In this document: one piece after another, positions 26,181 through 35,712 of the stretch
How the letters are laid out: the number at the start of each line of letters is the position of its first letter
How positions within the stretch are numbered: the first letter of the stretch is position 1
From: Gemmatimonadota bacterium
Lineage (GTDB): Bacteria > Gemmatimonadota > Gemmatimonadetes > Longimicrobiales > Gaopeijiaceae
Length of the DNA stretch: 64,000 bases
Direction: 5' to 3'
Assembly: GCA_039589315.1 (NCBI GenBank)
Contig: JBDHHQ010000011.1
Coordinates: forward strand, 22,112-86,111
The notes under the pieces: generated by a model
Database searches by the model: none
What the model was told of the DNA's origin: nothing
What the model saw: the letters and a program-made list of their open reading frames with translations, nothing else
Made by a program: the position numbers and the translations under genes

Positions 26181-28432
26181 ATCCGGTGGCCGCCACGCCG
26201 TGTCGGGGCTGCAGCCAGCACCGGACCGAGAGCCTGGTCCAGCTGGGCCTGAGCCCCAGCCGGTGGGACTACCTGGTGGCGCTGGCCGGGAACCCCAACA
26301 CGGGCAAGAGCACCGTCTTCAACGCCCTGACCGGACTACGGCAGCACACGGGCAACTGGCCGGGCAAGACGGTGGTCCGCGCCGAGGGTGTCTTCGGCCA
26401 CGGCGACAAGAAGGTCAAGATCGTGGACCTCCCGGGGACCTACTCTCTCCAGGCCGGCAGCGCCGACGAGGAGGTGGCCCGGGACTTCATCCTGTTCGGC
26501 AGGCCCGACGTGACGGTGGTGGTGGTGGATGCCACCCGGCTCGAGCGGAATCTCAACCTGGTCATCCAGATCCTGGAGATCACCGACCGCGTGGTGGTGT
26601 GCCTGAACCTCATGGACGAGGCCCGCCGTCACGGTATCGCCGTCGACCCGGACAAGCTGTCGGAGCAGTTGGGCGTGCCGGTCGTGCCTGCAGTGGCCCG
26701 CCGCAAAGAGGGGATTCCCGAGCTGCTCGGCGCCATCGACGACGTGGCGTCGGGTCGTGTGCGGCCGACGCCGTACCGGATCGAAGACCAACCGCCCGAG
26801 GTGGAAAGCGCCGTGAGCGCCCTCGTTCCGACCATCGACGCGGCGTTTCCCGAGCTGCCGAACGGCCGCTGGGTCGCCCAGAGGCTGCTCAACGGGGATC
26901 GACGCGTAGAGGAGGCGGTGCGCACCGGCGAGGTGGGCTTTCTGCGCCCGGACGAGAGCTACGGGCCCCACGACGAGGAGGAGTTCGACGACGGTGGGGT
27001 GGCGGTGGCGGTGGCCAGCTCGGTGGGCCAGAGGGTGATCCGCAAAGCCAACCAGCTTCGCTGGACACTCCGCCCGGACTTCCACGACGCCATCATGGAG
27101 CGGATCTACGGCGTTGCCCAGGAGATCGCCAACCGCTCGATGTCGCGCGGCCTGAAGCGGGCCAAGTTCGATTTCGATCGGACGCTCGATGGATGGCTCA
27201 CGAGCCGGGTGCTGGGCTTCCCTCTGATGCTGGCGATCCTCACCGTTGTCTTCTGGCTCACCATCGCCGGGGCCAACGTGCCATCCCAGATGCTGGCGGT
27301 GCTGCTCATCGACAAGGTCCACCCGCTGCTCACCGGCTTCGGCGGCGCCATCGGGATGCCATGGTGGCTGTCCGGCTTCCTCTTCGACGGCGTGTGGCTG
27401 GCCACGGCTTGGGTGATCAGCGTCATGCTGCCACCCATGGCGATCTTCTTTCCGCTGTTCACGCTGCTCGAGGACTTCGGCTACTTGCCCAGGGTGGCGT
27501 TCAACCTGGACAGCCTGTTCCGCCGGGCGGGCGCCCACGGCAAGCAGGCCCTGACGATGTGCATGGGCTTCGGCTGCAATGCGGCCGGCGTGGTGGCCAC
27601 CCGGGTGATCGACAGCCCCAGGGAGCGGCTCATCGCCATCATCACCAACAACTTCTCGCTCTGTAACGGGCGCTGGCCCACGCAGATCCTGCTGGCCACC
27701 GTCTTCATCGGCGCTCTGGCTCCGGCGCATCTGGCGGGGCTCGTGTCGGCCAGCGCCGTGGTGGGCGTGGCTCTGCTGGGCATCTTCTTCATGTTCCTGG
27801 CTTCGTGGATGCTGTCCCGCACCGTCCTCAAGGGACAGGCCACCACGTTCAGCCTGGAGCTGCCGCCGTACCGTCCACCCCGCGTGCTCCAGACGCTCTA
27901 CACGTCCTTGATCGACCGCACGCTCATCGTGCTCTGGCGGGCCATAATCTTCGCGGCGCCCGCCGGGGCGGTGATCTGGCTGGTGTCCAACATCTCGTTC
28001 GGGGGCGCCAGCGTCGCCGAGCACATGATCGACTGGATGAACCCGTTCGGCCTGCTCATCGGGCTGAACGGCGTGATACTGCTGGCGTACATCGTGGCCA
28101 TTCCGGCCAACGAGATCGTGATCCCCACGGTGCTGATGCTCACGGTGCTGTCAGCGGGCATGACCGGGGTTGGAGGGGGAGCCGGTGTGATGTTCGAGCT
28201 GGACTCGGCATTCGCCATCGGCGGGATCCTGGCCGGCGCCGGCTGGACCCTGCTGACGGCCGTGAACCTGATGCTCTTCAGCCTGCTCCACAATCCGTGC
28301 TCCACCACGCTCTACACCATCTGGAAGGAGACGGGGAGCGCCAAGTGGACCACGGTTTCGGCCCTCCTGCCCCTGGCCATGGGATTCACGGTCACGTTCC
28401 TGGTGGCCCAGCTCTGGCGGCTGCTGGCGTAA
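26177..28432 (+). CDS. feoB: Ferrous iron (or Mn) transporter FeoB
   Basis: [27 protein letters not shown] GTPase motifs; [24 protein letters not shown] overlap with the regulator. Confidence 0.95.
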   Translation: MNPVAATPCRGCSQHRTESLVQLGLSPSRWDYLVALAGNPNTGKSTVFNALTGLRQHTGNWPGKTVVRAEGVFGHGDKKVKIVDLPGTYSLQAGSADEEVARDFILFGRPDVTVVVVDATRLERNLNLVIQILEITDRVVVCLNLMDEARRHGIAVDPDKLSEQLGVPVVPAVARRKEGIPELLGAIDDVASGRVRPTPYRIEDQPPEVESAVSALVPTIDAAFPELPNGRWVAQRLLNGDRRVEEAVRTGEVGFLRPDESYGPHDEEEFDDGGVAVAVASSVGQRVIRKANQLRWTLRPDFHDAIMERIYGVAQEIANRSMSRGLKRAKFDFDRTLDGWLTSRVLGFPLMLAILTVVFWLTIAGANVPSQMLAVLLIDKVHPLLTGFGGAIGMPWWLSGFLFDGVWLATAWVISVMLPPMAIFFPLFTLLEDFGYLPRVAFNLDSLFRRAGAHGKQALTMCMGFGCNAAGVVATRVIDSPRERLIAIITNNFSLCNGRWPTQILLATVFIGALAPAHLAGLVSASAVVGVALLGIFFMFLASWMLSRTVLKGQATTFSLELPPYRPPRVLQTLYTSLIDRTLIVLWRAIIFAAPAGAVIWLVSNISFGGASVAEHMIDWMNPFGLLIGLNGVILLAYIVAIPANEIVIPTVLMLTVLSAGMTGVGGGAGVMFELDSAFAIGGILAGAGWTLLTAVNLMLFSLLHNPCSTTLYTIWKETGSAKWTTVSALLPLAMGFTVTFLVAQLWRLLA

Positions 28433-28524
28433 GCGCGGGCCATGATCAGCAACCCCGGAGAGCACGGACTCTCGGTCGGTGAACGACCCGACAGGACTCG
28501 GGGCCGATCAGTCACACGGTCCCT

Positions 28525-31449
28525 CTAAGGCCCGCCATTCACTCGAGCGAGTGCCGCCCGTCCAAACTCCACCATCGGCTGGAGCTCCACATCGGCGTCC
28601 GCCCACGCGTCGACGAAGTACCGAAAGGCCTGGGTGGCAAGTTGGAGGTCTCCGCGGGCTTCGTGAATCAACCCGAGCCGGTAGTGGGCGAGTGGGCTGT
28701 ACCATAACTGGCGGAAGTGGGGTTCCGACCGTTCGAGGTCCCCGAGCTCGAGGTAGATGTGGCCCAGCCAAGCGTTGGGATACCAATCCGCCTTGCGAAT
28801 GACGCTGCGCGGCCAGGGGCCGAGGTACCAGGAGGTCTGGTCCGCGCGGTCGAGGAGCTCGATCGCTGACCGAGAATCTCCACGCCTCCACGCCGCGTAG
28901 CCACGCATCTCGGAGACGGCTGCATCGAGCCGCCGGGCCACGGCTTCCTCTCCGCGCCGGCGCGCCTGGTCGGCGCGGGACTCGGCCTCGGTAATCGCTG
29001 CGGAGTGGACGTCCCAGCGTCCGAGGTCGGCGGCCACATAGCCCCGACAGGCGAGGAGGAAGTGGATGGGGCCGTCCTCGTCCTCCAGTGTGGTCAGCGC
29101 CGCCTCGAGTACGCCGTCCGGGACGGGGATTCCCCAGCCAAGGGCAACGGCGGGCAGACACGCTCTCGTGACGGGGGACACCCGCCCCTCGCCGAGGTAC
29201 TCGACCGCTCGTCCGAGATGCCCCCGTTTCCAGAGGCTCTCCAAAGCGAGGATGTCCGACACCGACCGCTGCCCGCTCGGATCCAGCCGCTCACGCAGCG
29301 ACAGGAGGACTCGCTCCCGCCCCTCCCAATCCTCTGGATGCTTGAGGTTGAGCTGGGCGACGGAAAGGACGTTCACGTCCACGCTATCCAATGGAGTCGC
29401 AGACGGGACGCCCCCCGGCCCGGCTCGGAAGGCCACGTCGAGCGCCAAGAGGCCGCCATGGTAGTACGGCGAGCCTGCGGAGACGCCGCCGTACTGCCCG
29501 AGACGGGCGGTGGCCAGGGCGCTGTCCCTATGGTGGTTGAAAGCGAGCTCGACCCCGTGGGGCTGATAGAGGGCGAAGGCAGGATCGAGCTCGGTAGCAC
29601 GGCGGAACGCCAGGTCAGCTTCTTCCGGCCCCGTCAGGGCACTGGTATGGAGATGGGCGTCACCGAGCAGGAACCAGGCTTCGGAGTCGTCGGGGTAGGC
29701 CCGCACGGCTTCCTCGAGCAGGTCCACGGCCTCCGGTCGCTGCTCCCCGGTGACGTGACGGGCACGGACAAGACCGGCTTCACGATCGGGCAGTCGATCC
29801 GCGTGCCTGAGCGCCATCTCGCGATGCCGTCTGGCCGCGGGGAACTGAATCCCCTGTCGCCACGCGTGGGCGCTGGCCAGGTGGTAGTGGGCCAACGCGA
29901 ACGTCGAATCCGCCTCGATGGCTCGCGTATAGGCCTCGATCGCCTCGTCGAAGGCGGCTTGTCTCGAGTGAAACTCGCCTTCCAGGTATGCTTTCAGCGC
30001 CGGAACCGAGCTCGTCGTGATGCTCGCGAGGTTCACCGGGGGGAGCTCGCCACCGCCTCGTTCCCGGATCACTCCGAGCACTTCGACGGCGAGGCGATCG
30101 GCGAGAACCAGCACGCTGTCGACCGCGCCCTCGACCTGTCGTTGACCCAGCGGGACGCGGTCGTCGACCGAATACACGTCCGCCGTGACTCGAGCCACCG
30201 GCCCGATCGCGACCACGGTTCCCAGGAGTGCGTACCGCGCGCCCATGTCCCCGGCGATGCTCAAGCTCGCGGTCTGGTCAAGGCGTCGGGTGTTTCGAGA
30301 CAGCTCGTCCCACCGAGCCATCACGGTCCGGCTGGGGATCGTTCGGAGACCGCCTGCGCCGTCCAGTCCGGTCGATAGGAGATTCACCAGACCTTCCCGC
30401 CACTCCTCCAGCCCGGCACCGGTGATCTCGAAGGGAAGGACGGCGATAGACGACGAGACGCCCGCCTCAGTGACTCCTGGGGAAGGGGTGGCTGCACGAC
30501 GATTCGAGATGAAGAGCCCGGCGAGCCCGGCCAGGACCGCAATCGTGACCACAGCGGCGACGCGCCGTGCAGCTTTGCTGGCCGGGCGGACCAGCTCCTC
30601 CTCCGTGATCTGCAGGGCGTCGTTCAGGGCCTGTCCGAGCGCGCGCGCGGTGCCGTAGCGGTCCGCCGGCACCTTGGCCAGCGCCTTCATCACGACCCCC
30701 TCGACGCTTGCGGGGATCGTCGCTCGCACGGTTCGCATGCTCGGCACCGGGTCCAGAGAGTGCCGGGCCATCACGGCCTGAGCGCTGGAGCCCGCGAACG
30801 GTGCGGCCCCCGTGAGCGCCTCGTACAAGACGCACCCCAGAGCGTAAACGTCGGACCGACCGTCCAGTCGGCGCTCTCCGGTGGCCTGCTCCGGGCTCAT
30901 GTAGGACGCCGTGCCCACCACAACTCCGGTCGCGGTCAGCTCGGTGCCACCGGCCTCGACGATGGCACGAGCGATGCCGAAGTCCGCAATCAGCGCGTGC
31001 CCATCGGAAAGGAGGATGTTCTCCGGTTTGATGTCTCGATGCACGACGCCCTTGTCGTGGGCGTAGCCCAGGCCGTCTGCGACCTCCCGGGCCATTGCGA
31101 TGGCATCTCCGACGTCGAGTTGTGCCTCCCGGTTCAACCGGTCACGTAGCGACTCACCGTCGACGTGGGGCATGACGAAGTAGAAGAACCCCCCCGCTTC
31201 GCCGGAGTCGTACAGGGGGAGGATGTGTGGATGGCTGAGCCCAGCGGCGATCTCGATCTCGTGCAGGAACCTCTCGGTGCCCAGGGCTTGTGCGACCTCC
31301 GGCCTCAGCACCTTCAGCGCGACGTCCCGGTTGTGCTTCAGATCCCTGGCGAGGTACACGATGGCGGTTGCACCCTGCCCCAGCTCACGCTCGAGGCGGT
31401 AGCGATCCACCAGATGCGACTGCATGCGATCGGCGATCTCTCCAGCCAT
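28525..31449 (-). CDS. Ser/Thr protein kinase with TM helix, SIAVLPF (TolB-N-like) domain and TPRs
   Basis: Start MAGEIADR; LGQGATAIVY, VALKVL, HRDIKPEN, DFG, YMSPEQ; TM; helical repeats. Confidence 0.9.
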   Translation of the reverse strand: MAGEIADRMQSHLVDRYRLERELGQGATAIVYLARDLKHNRDVALKVLRPEVAQALGTERFLHEIEIAAGLSHPHILPLYDSGEAGGFFYFVMPHVDGESLRDRLNREAQLDVGDAIAMAREVADGLGYAHDKGVVHRDIKPENILLSDGHALIADFGIARAIVEAGGTELTATGVVVGTASYMSPEQATGERRLDGRSDVYALGCVLYEALTGAAPFAGSSAQAVMARHSLDPVPSMRTVRATIPASVEGVVMKALAKVPADRYGTARALGQALNDALQITEEELVRPASKAARRVAAVVTIAVLAGLAGLFISNRRAATPSPGVTEAGVSSSIAVLPFEITGAGLEEWREGLVNLLSTGLDGAGGLRTIPSRTVMARWDELSRNTRRLDQTASLSIAGDMGARYALLGTVVAIGPVARVTADVYSVDDRVPLGQRQVEGAVDSVLVLADRLAVEVLGVIRERGGGELPPVNLASITTSSVPALKAYLEGEFHSRQAAFDEAIEAYTRAIEADSTFALAHYHLASAHAWRQGIQFPAARRHREMALRHADRLPDREAGLVRARHVTGEQRPEAVDLLEEAVRAYPDDSEAWFLLGDAHLHTSALTGPEEADLAFRRATELDPAFALYQPHGVELAFNHHRDSALATARLGQYGGVSAGSPYYHGGLLALDVAFRAGPGGVPSATPLDSVDVNVLSVAQLNLKHPEDWEGRERVLLSLRERLDPSGQRSVSDILALESLWKRGHLGRAVEYLGEGRVSPVTRACLPAVALGWGIPVPDGVLEAALTTLEDEDGPIHFLLACRGYVAADLGRWDVHSAAITEAESRADQARRRGEEAVARRLDAAVSEMRGYAAWRRGDSRSAIELLDRADQTSWYLGPWPRSVIRKADWYPNAWLGHIYLELGDLERSEPHFRQLWYSPLAHYRLGLIHEARGDLQLATQAFRYFVDAWADADVELQPMVEFGRAALARVNGGP

Positions 31450-31469
31450 CGCGAGTGCTCCCTGTCCGA

Positions 31470-34136
31470 CTAGTTCCCCACCCGCTCCTTCAGCTCTTCG
31501 AACCAGTTCTGTACCAGGATCACCTCGGGCGTCTCGACCTCGACCTGGCGGAGCATCACGAATCGCTGGTCGTCGGCCGTGACGTCGTAGAGGGTGTACT
31601 GCTCCTGCTCGATGATCAGGTACTCGGGTCCGATGTCGAAGAGGGCGATACGCTCTTGGACGCCGAATTCGGACCCGGAGCGAATCTGAGCCGCCACCAT
31701 GCGGCGCTGCCCGTCCACGTAGAAGAGCTCGGTACCGCTGTGTGCCCACTCGGGCATGACTCCTCCCGCCGAAGAGACCTGCCACTTGGCGCTCTCCGTG
31801 TCCGGGAAGGGCCTCACGTAGATCTCGTTCTGGCCCGTCTCGTCGGACTCGTACGCGAGCCACCGACCGTTGGGCGAGAGCGAGATGGCCTTTTCGTCGA
31901 AGGCGCTCTGGACGAGGGGCGAGGGGGCGCCCTCGGCACCCGGCGCCAAAGCCACGATGTCCCGGGCGCCGGCCGAGCCCAACAATCCACCCGTGCGGCC
32001 GATGATCCACCCGTCAGCGGACACCACGCCTTCCCAGATCGATTGCTCGGCATCGTCGAGGAGCAGCTGGGCCGAGCCCGTGCCGTCCGCACGCTTCGAG
32101 TAGAGGTCCGCGTTCCCGCCACGTTCCGAGAGGAACGTCACGGAGCGCCCGTCCGGGGTCCATCTGGGCCGGACGTCCTGCGCCGTGTCAGCGGTGAGGC
32201 GGGAGAGGGGACCCCTGGGAAGCTCCTTGATCCAGACGTCCTCGTCGGTCTCGCCGAGAATGCTGACGGCCATCCGCCGGCCATCCGGCGACAGGGCCAA
32301 CCCACGGTTGTTGCCACCCGGGTCGAAGGTCCATTCGGGATCCACCACGGCGCTGGCGCCGTCTCGGTCGACCCAAACGACCTGGTAGAGCGACGAGGCC
32401 GAGCCTGTGGCGTAAACCAACGTGCCATTCGTGGAGATCGCGAATGGCGACTGGAGCGTTGGGGCGTCGTAGGCGACGCCGGTCAGAGTCGGAATTGCCG
32501 GGCCTGTGAGCTCGAGGGACTCGGCATCGAAGGCCGCGGCGAGGAACTCGCCCTGTGGGCTCGCGAAGACCAGGTGCCCCGAGGCGGTGACGTGCGGCTG
32601 CGTGCCGCCCTGCGCCAGGGCTCGAACGTCGCTGGAGCCGAACTCGAACGCGTGGATCCCGGGACCGCCGGGCGCGTTGAGCGTGAAGATGACCCCGACC
32701 CCCGGGATCACGTGAGGATAGAGGTGGCGCGGGGCGCCGTCGGCGCTGGAGGTCACCACTTCAGTCGGTCCGCCGCCGGCCGGCGCGCGGCTCAACCCCC
32801 TGGCCATGTCCGAGTAGTAAATGAACCCGTCCGAGGCCCAGTGTATGCAGCAGAATGCCGAATCGGTGAGCGTTCGGGACACGCCCCCATCGAGGGAAAC
32901 GATGCGTATGGGCCTGGGTGGCGGGCTCCGGACCACATACGCCACTTCCTGGCCGTCGGGCGAGATCGAGGGGCCGACTCCGAATCCCGAACCTGGCAGC
33001 GGAGTCGCATCGAGCTCGTCCCACCGGCGGACCCAGAGCTGGCTCAGCTGGTCCTCGGCCGCGCCCTCGTAGATCAGGACCGACCCGTCGGGCGAGAGCG
33101 CCATCGTGCCATTGATCCCGCCCCGCTCCTGGGGCAGGAGGACAGACATGCGCATGGTAGGCGCCGGCTGCCCCGGTCGGAGCAGCGCCCACATGGACAT
33201 GGCCGCGAACGCCAACGTCGTCACCCCGAGACCCAGCGCCAGCCGCTTCCACGCGCCTGGATCAGCGGGGGCGGCGGCGCCGGCAGGCGCCCCATGCCGG
33301 AATCCAGGATCGGACAACGCGTCCGAGAATCCCTGTGCTGAGCCGAACCGGTCGGCGGGGATCTTCTCGAGTGCGCGGCGGATGGCGGCGTCGACGTTGG
33401 GGGGGATCGAGCGCCGGGCGACAGTGGGTTCCACCGGTGCACCGGAGATGATCTTCCCCAGCACCGCTTGCGCCGTGTTGCCGAGGAATGGCGGCTCGCC
33501 TACCAGCATCTCGTAGAGAACACATCCCACCGCGTAGATGTCGCTGGCCGGTCCCACGGGTTGGTCGCCGGTGGCCTGCTCGGGGCTCATGTAATACGGG
33601 GTCCCCAGGCTGAGGCCCGTCTCGGTCAGGCGACTGCCTCCCGCGGCGCCCACGGCGATGGCGATCCCGAAGTCCGCGACGACGGGTTGCCCGTCCTGAA
33701 GGAGTACGTTCGCGGGCTTGATGTCGCGGTGGATCACCCCCTGGCGGTGCGCATGATCCAACGCTTGAGCGACCGCGGCGGCGATCCGCACCGCCTCCTG
33801 GACCGGCAGCTGCTTTTCGCGGTTGAGGCGGTCGCGAAGCGTCTCTCCCTCCACGTACGGCATCACGTAGAAGAGGAAGGACCCGGCCTCGCCGGAGTCG
33901 TGCAGCGGAAGCACGTGAGGGTGCTGGAGGTTGGCGGTGGTCTTGATCTCGGCGATGAAGCGGTCCGCGCCGACGACCGCGGCCAGCTCCGGCTTCAGGA
34001 CCTTCAGCGCCACCCGTCGCTCGTGCTTGAGGTCCTGGGCGAGATAGACCGTGGCCATCCCGCCCTCGCCGAGCTCTCGCTCGATGACGTAGCGGCCCTC
34101 AAGGGCGGCGTTCAGGCGAGTGACGGGATCGGACAT
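31470..34136 (-). CDS. Ser/Thr protein kinase with TM helix and PD40/TolB-like beta-propeller
   Basis: LGEGGMATVY, HRDIKPAN, DFG, YMSPEQ; repeated SPDG/TPDG units. Confidence 0.93.
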   Translation of the reverse strand: MSDPVTRLNAALEGRYVIERELGEGGMATVYLAQDLKHERRVALKVLKPELAAVVGADRFIAEIKTTANLQHPHVLPLHDSGEAGSFLFYVMPYVEGETLRDRLNREKQLPVQEAVRIAAAVAQALDHAHRQGVIHRDIKPANVLLQDGQPVVADFGIAIAVGAAGGSRLTETGLSLGTPYYMSPEQATGDQPVGPASDIYAVGCVLYEMLVGEPPFLGNTAQAVLGKIISGAPVEPTVARRSIPPNVDAAIRRALEKIPADRFGSAQGFSDALSDPGFRHGAPAGAAAPADPGAWKRLALGLGVTTLAFAAMSMWALLRPGQPAPTMRMSVLLPQERGGINGTMALSPDGSVLIYEGAAEDQLSQLWVRRWDELDATPLPGSGFGVGPSISPDGQEVAYVVRSPPPRPIRIVSLDGGVSRTLTDSAFCCIHWASDGFIYYSDMARGLSRAPAGGGPTEVVTSSADGAPRHLYPHVIPGVGVIFTLNAPGGPGIHAFEFGSSDVRALAQGGTQPHVTASGHLVFASPQGEFLAAAFDAESLELTGPAIPTLTGVAYDAPTLQSPFAISTNGTLVYATGSASSLYQVVWVDRDGASAVVDPEWTFDPGGNNRGLALSPDGRRMAVSILGETDEDVWIKELPRGPLSRLTADTAQDVRPRWTPDGRSVTFLSERGGNADLYSKRADGTGSAQLLLDDAEQSIWEGVVSADGWIIGRTGGLLGSAGARDIVALAPGAEGAPSPLVQSAFDEKAISLSPNGRWLAYESDETGQNEIYVRPFPDTESAKWQVSSAGGVMPEWAHSGTELFYVDGQRRMVAAQIRSGSEFGVQERIALFDIGPEYLIIEQEQYTLYDVTADDQRFVMLRQVEVETPEVILVQNWFEELKERVGN

Positions 34137-34399
34137 GGGGTTTCGCTAGGGCTATTGCCGGCTCGAGGTTGGCAACGAACCCTTGAAACGTAGGGACGAC
34201 AACCGGGAGGAGGCCAGCTTCGTCTTGGGATACTCATTCCAGGGCGCTCGAAGGCATTATGGACATCGGGCTCAGGCGCGAGCGGACGAGTGTGCACCAT
34301 CCGGACTCGGTGTCCGAGGCCGTGCGGGATTCGGTGCCCGCGCCGGGACCCTGTGAGACCACGTAATGGCCAGGTAGACTGCAAGCAACCATCAACTGG

Positions 34400-35527
34400 G
34401 TGGACCCCGTGACTCTTCTCGTGCTCACCGTCGTCACCGTCCTGGTCGTATCGGCCTTCTGCTCCCTGAGCGAAGCGGCCCTCTACGCGGTGCGGCTACC
34501 CTATGTCCGTGGACTGGCCGAGTCGGGAAGCCGGGCCGGAAGGGTGCTGAAGAACTTCAAGGAGAACATGGGACGCCCCATCACCGCCATCCTGGTGGTG
34601 AACACGGTGTCCAACACGGCGGGCGCGGCGGTGTCGGGCGCTTTGGCTGCCGTCGTATTCGGCGGGCGACGCCCGTCCATCGTGATCTTCTCCGTTGTCT
34701 TCACCCTCGCCGTTCTGTTCCTCTCGGAGATCATCCCCAAGATCGTCGGGGTCTCCCACAGCCGTCAGGTGGCGAGGGCGATCGCGATTCCGTGGAAGGC
34801 GGCGATCACGCTCATGGGACCGGTGGTTCTCGCGGTCCACCAGCTGACTCGAATCCTGACCCCTGCGACGGCCCATCCCAGGGCGCCCGAGGAAGAGGTG
34901 GAGCAGCTCGCCATGATCAGCGCCGAGGAGGGCAGCATCCTGGAGCTGGAGGCCGCCCTGGTACGGCGGGTGCTCAAGCTGAACGAGGTGCGGGTCCGAG
35001 ACATCATGACGCCTCGCACCGTGGTTCAGCGCTTTCCCCAGGACATCACGGTCAAGGAGGCGGCGGCTCAGGTGGGGGACTGGGTCTTCTCGCGCATCCC
35101 GCTCCACGACCCCGACGACCCGGAGCGTTGGACCGGTTTCGTCCGGAGTCAGGATATCCTCGTTCACCTGGCCCGGGACCGCTTCGAGACCCTGCTGGAA
35201 GACATCGCCCGGCCGCTACACCAGGTGCCCGAGGCCAGGCCCGTGCACAGGGTCCTGGCCGATTTCCTGGCGCGACGAGCCCACATCTTCGGGGTGGTGG
35301 ACGAGTTCGGCGCCAGCGACGGCGTCATCACCCTGGAGGACGTGATCGAGACGCTGTTGGGCAGCGAGATCGTCGACGAGGTGGACGAGTTCGCCGACCT
35401 CCGTGCCATCGCCAAGCTGCGGGCCCGCCGGTTGAGCAAGATCAGGGAGCAGGGGGAGTCGAGGGCGAGGCGCGGTCGGGGCAGCAACGGGGAGGGCAGC
35501 GGCGAGGGTTCGGGAGGTCCGAGCTAG
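34400..35527 (+). CDS. CNNM (DUF21) + CBS-pair membrane protein (CorB/hemolysin-like)
   Basis: SAFCSLSEAAL, ILVVNT, SEIIPK, DIMTPR, FSRIP, VVDEFG...GVITLEDVIE. Confidence 0.92.
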   Translation: MDPVTLLVLTVVTVLVVSAFCSLSEAALYAVRLPYVRGLAESGSRAGRVLKNFKENMGRPITAILVVNTVSNTAGAAVSGALAAVVFGGRRPSIVIFSVVFTLAVLFLSEIIPKIVGVSHSRQVARAIAIPWKAAITLMGPVVLAVHQLTRILTPATAHPRAPEEEVEQLAMISAEEGSILELEAALVRRVLKLNEVRVRDIMTPRTVVQRFPQDITVKEAAAQVGDWVFSRIPLHDPDDPERWTGFVRSQDILVHLARDRFETLLEDIARPLHQVPEARPVHRVLADFLARRAHIFGVVDEFGASDGVITLEDVIETLLGSEIVDEVDEFADLRAIAKLRARRLSKIREQGESRARRGRGSNGEGSGEGSGGPS

Positions 35528-35712
35528 CCTCTCCCTCCTGGATGGCGGGCGCGGCGCCGTCGGACGCCTGGTGGCCGCACTCCCCTCAGGGTGTCGGGGG
35601 CTTACGCGGGCACGGTCAGGAGTCCGTTGATGCCTCGGAACCCGTGGACGGCAGCCCCGTGATGACTCTACTCTCCCGCCCTCATCCCGACTCCCTGCTT
35701 CCGGACCTCGCC

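Noticed and set aside
31450..32010. N-terminal extensions of track ORFs (kinase 28525..32010; also amidase from 34792, S9 from 43344, BNR from 42999, MBL from 54255)
   Set aside because: They overlap neighbouring genes or intergenic DNA and are low-complexity; downstream starts with RBS or signal peptides fit better.
34169..34187. TGGCAAC...TTGAA as a sigma-54 promoter
   Set aside because: Spacing is wrong and there is no GC at -12.
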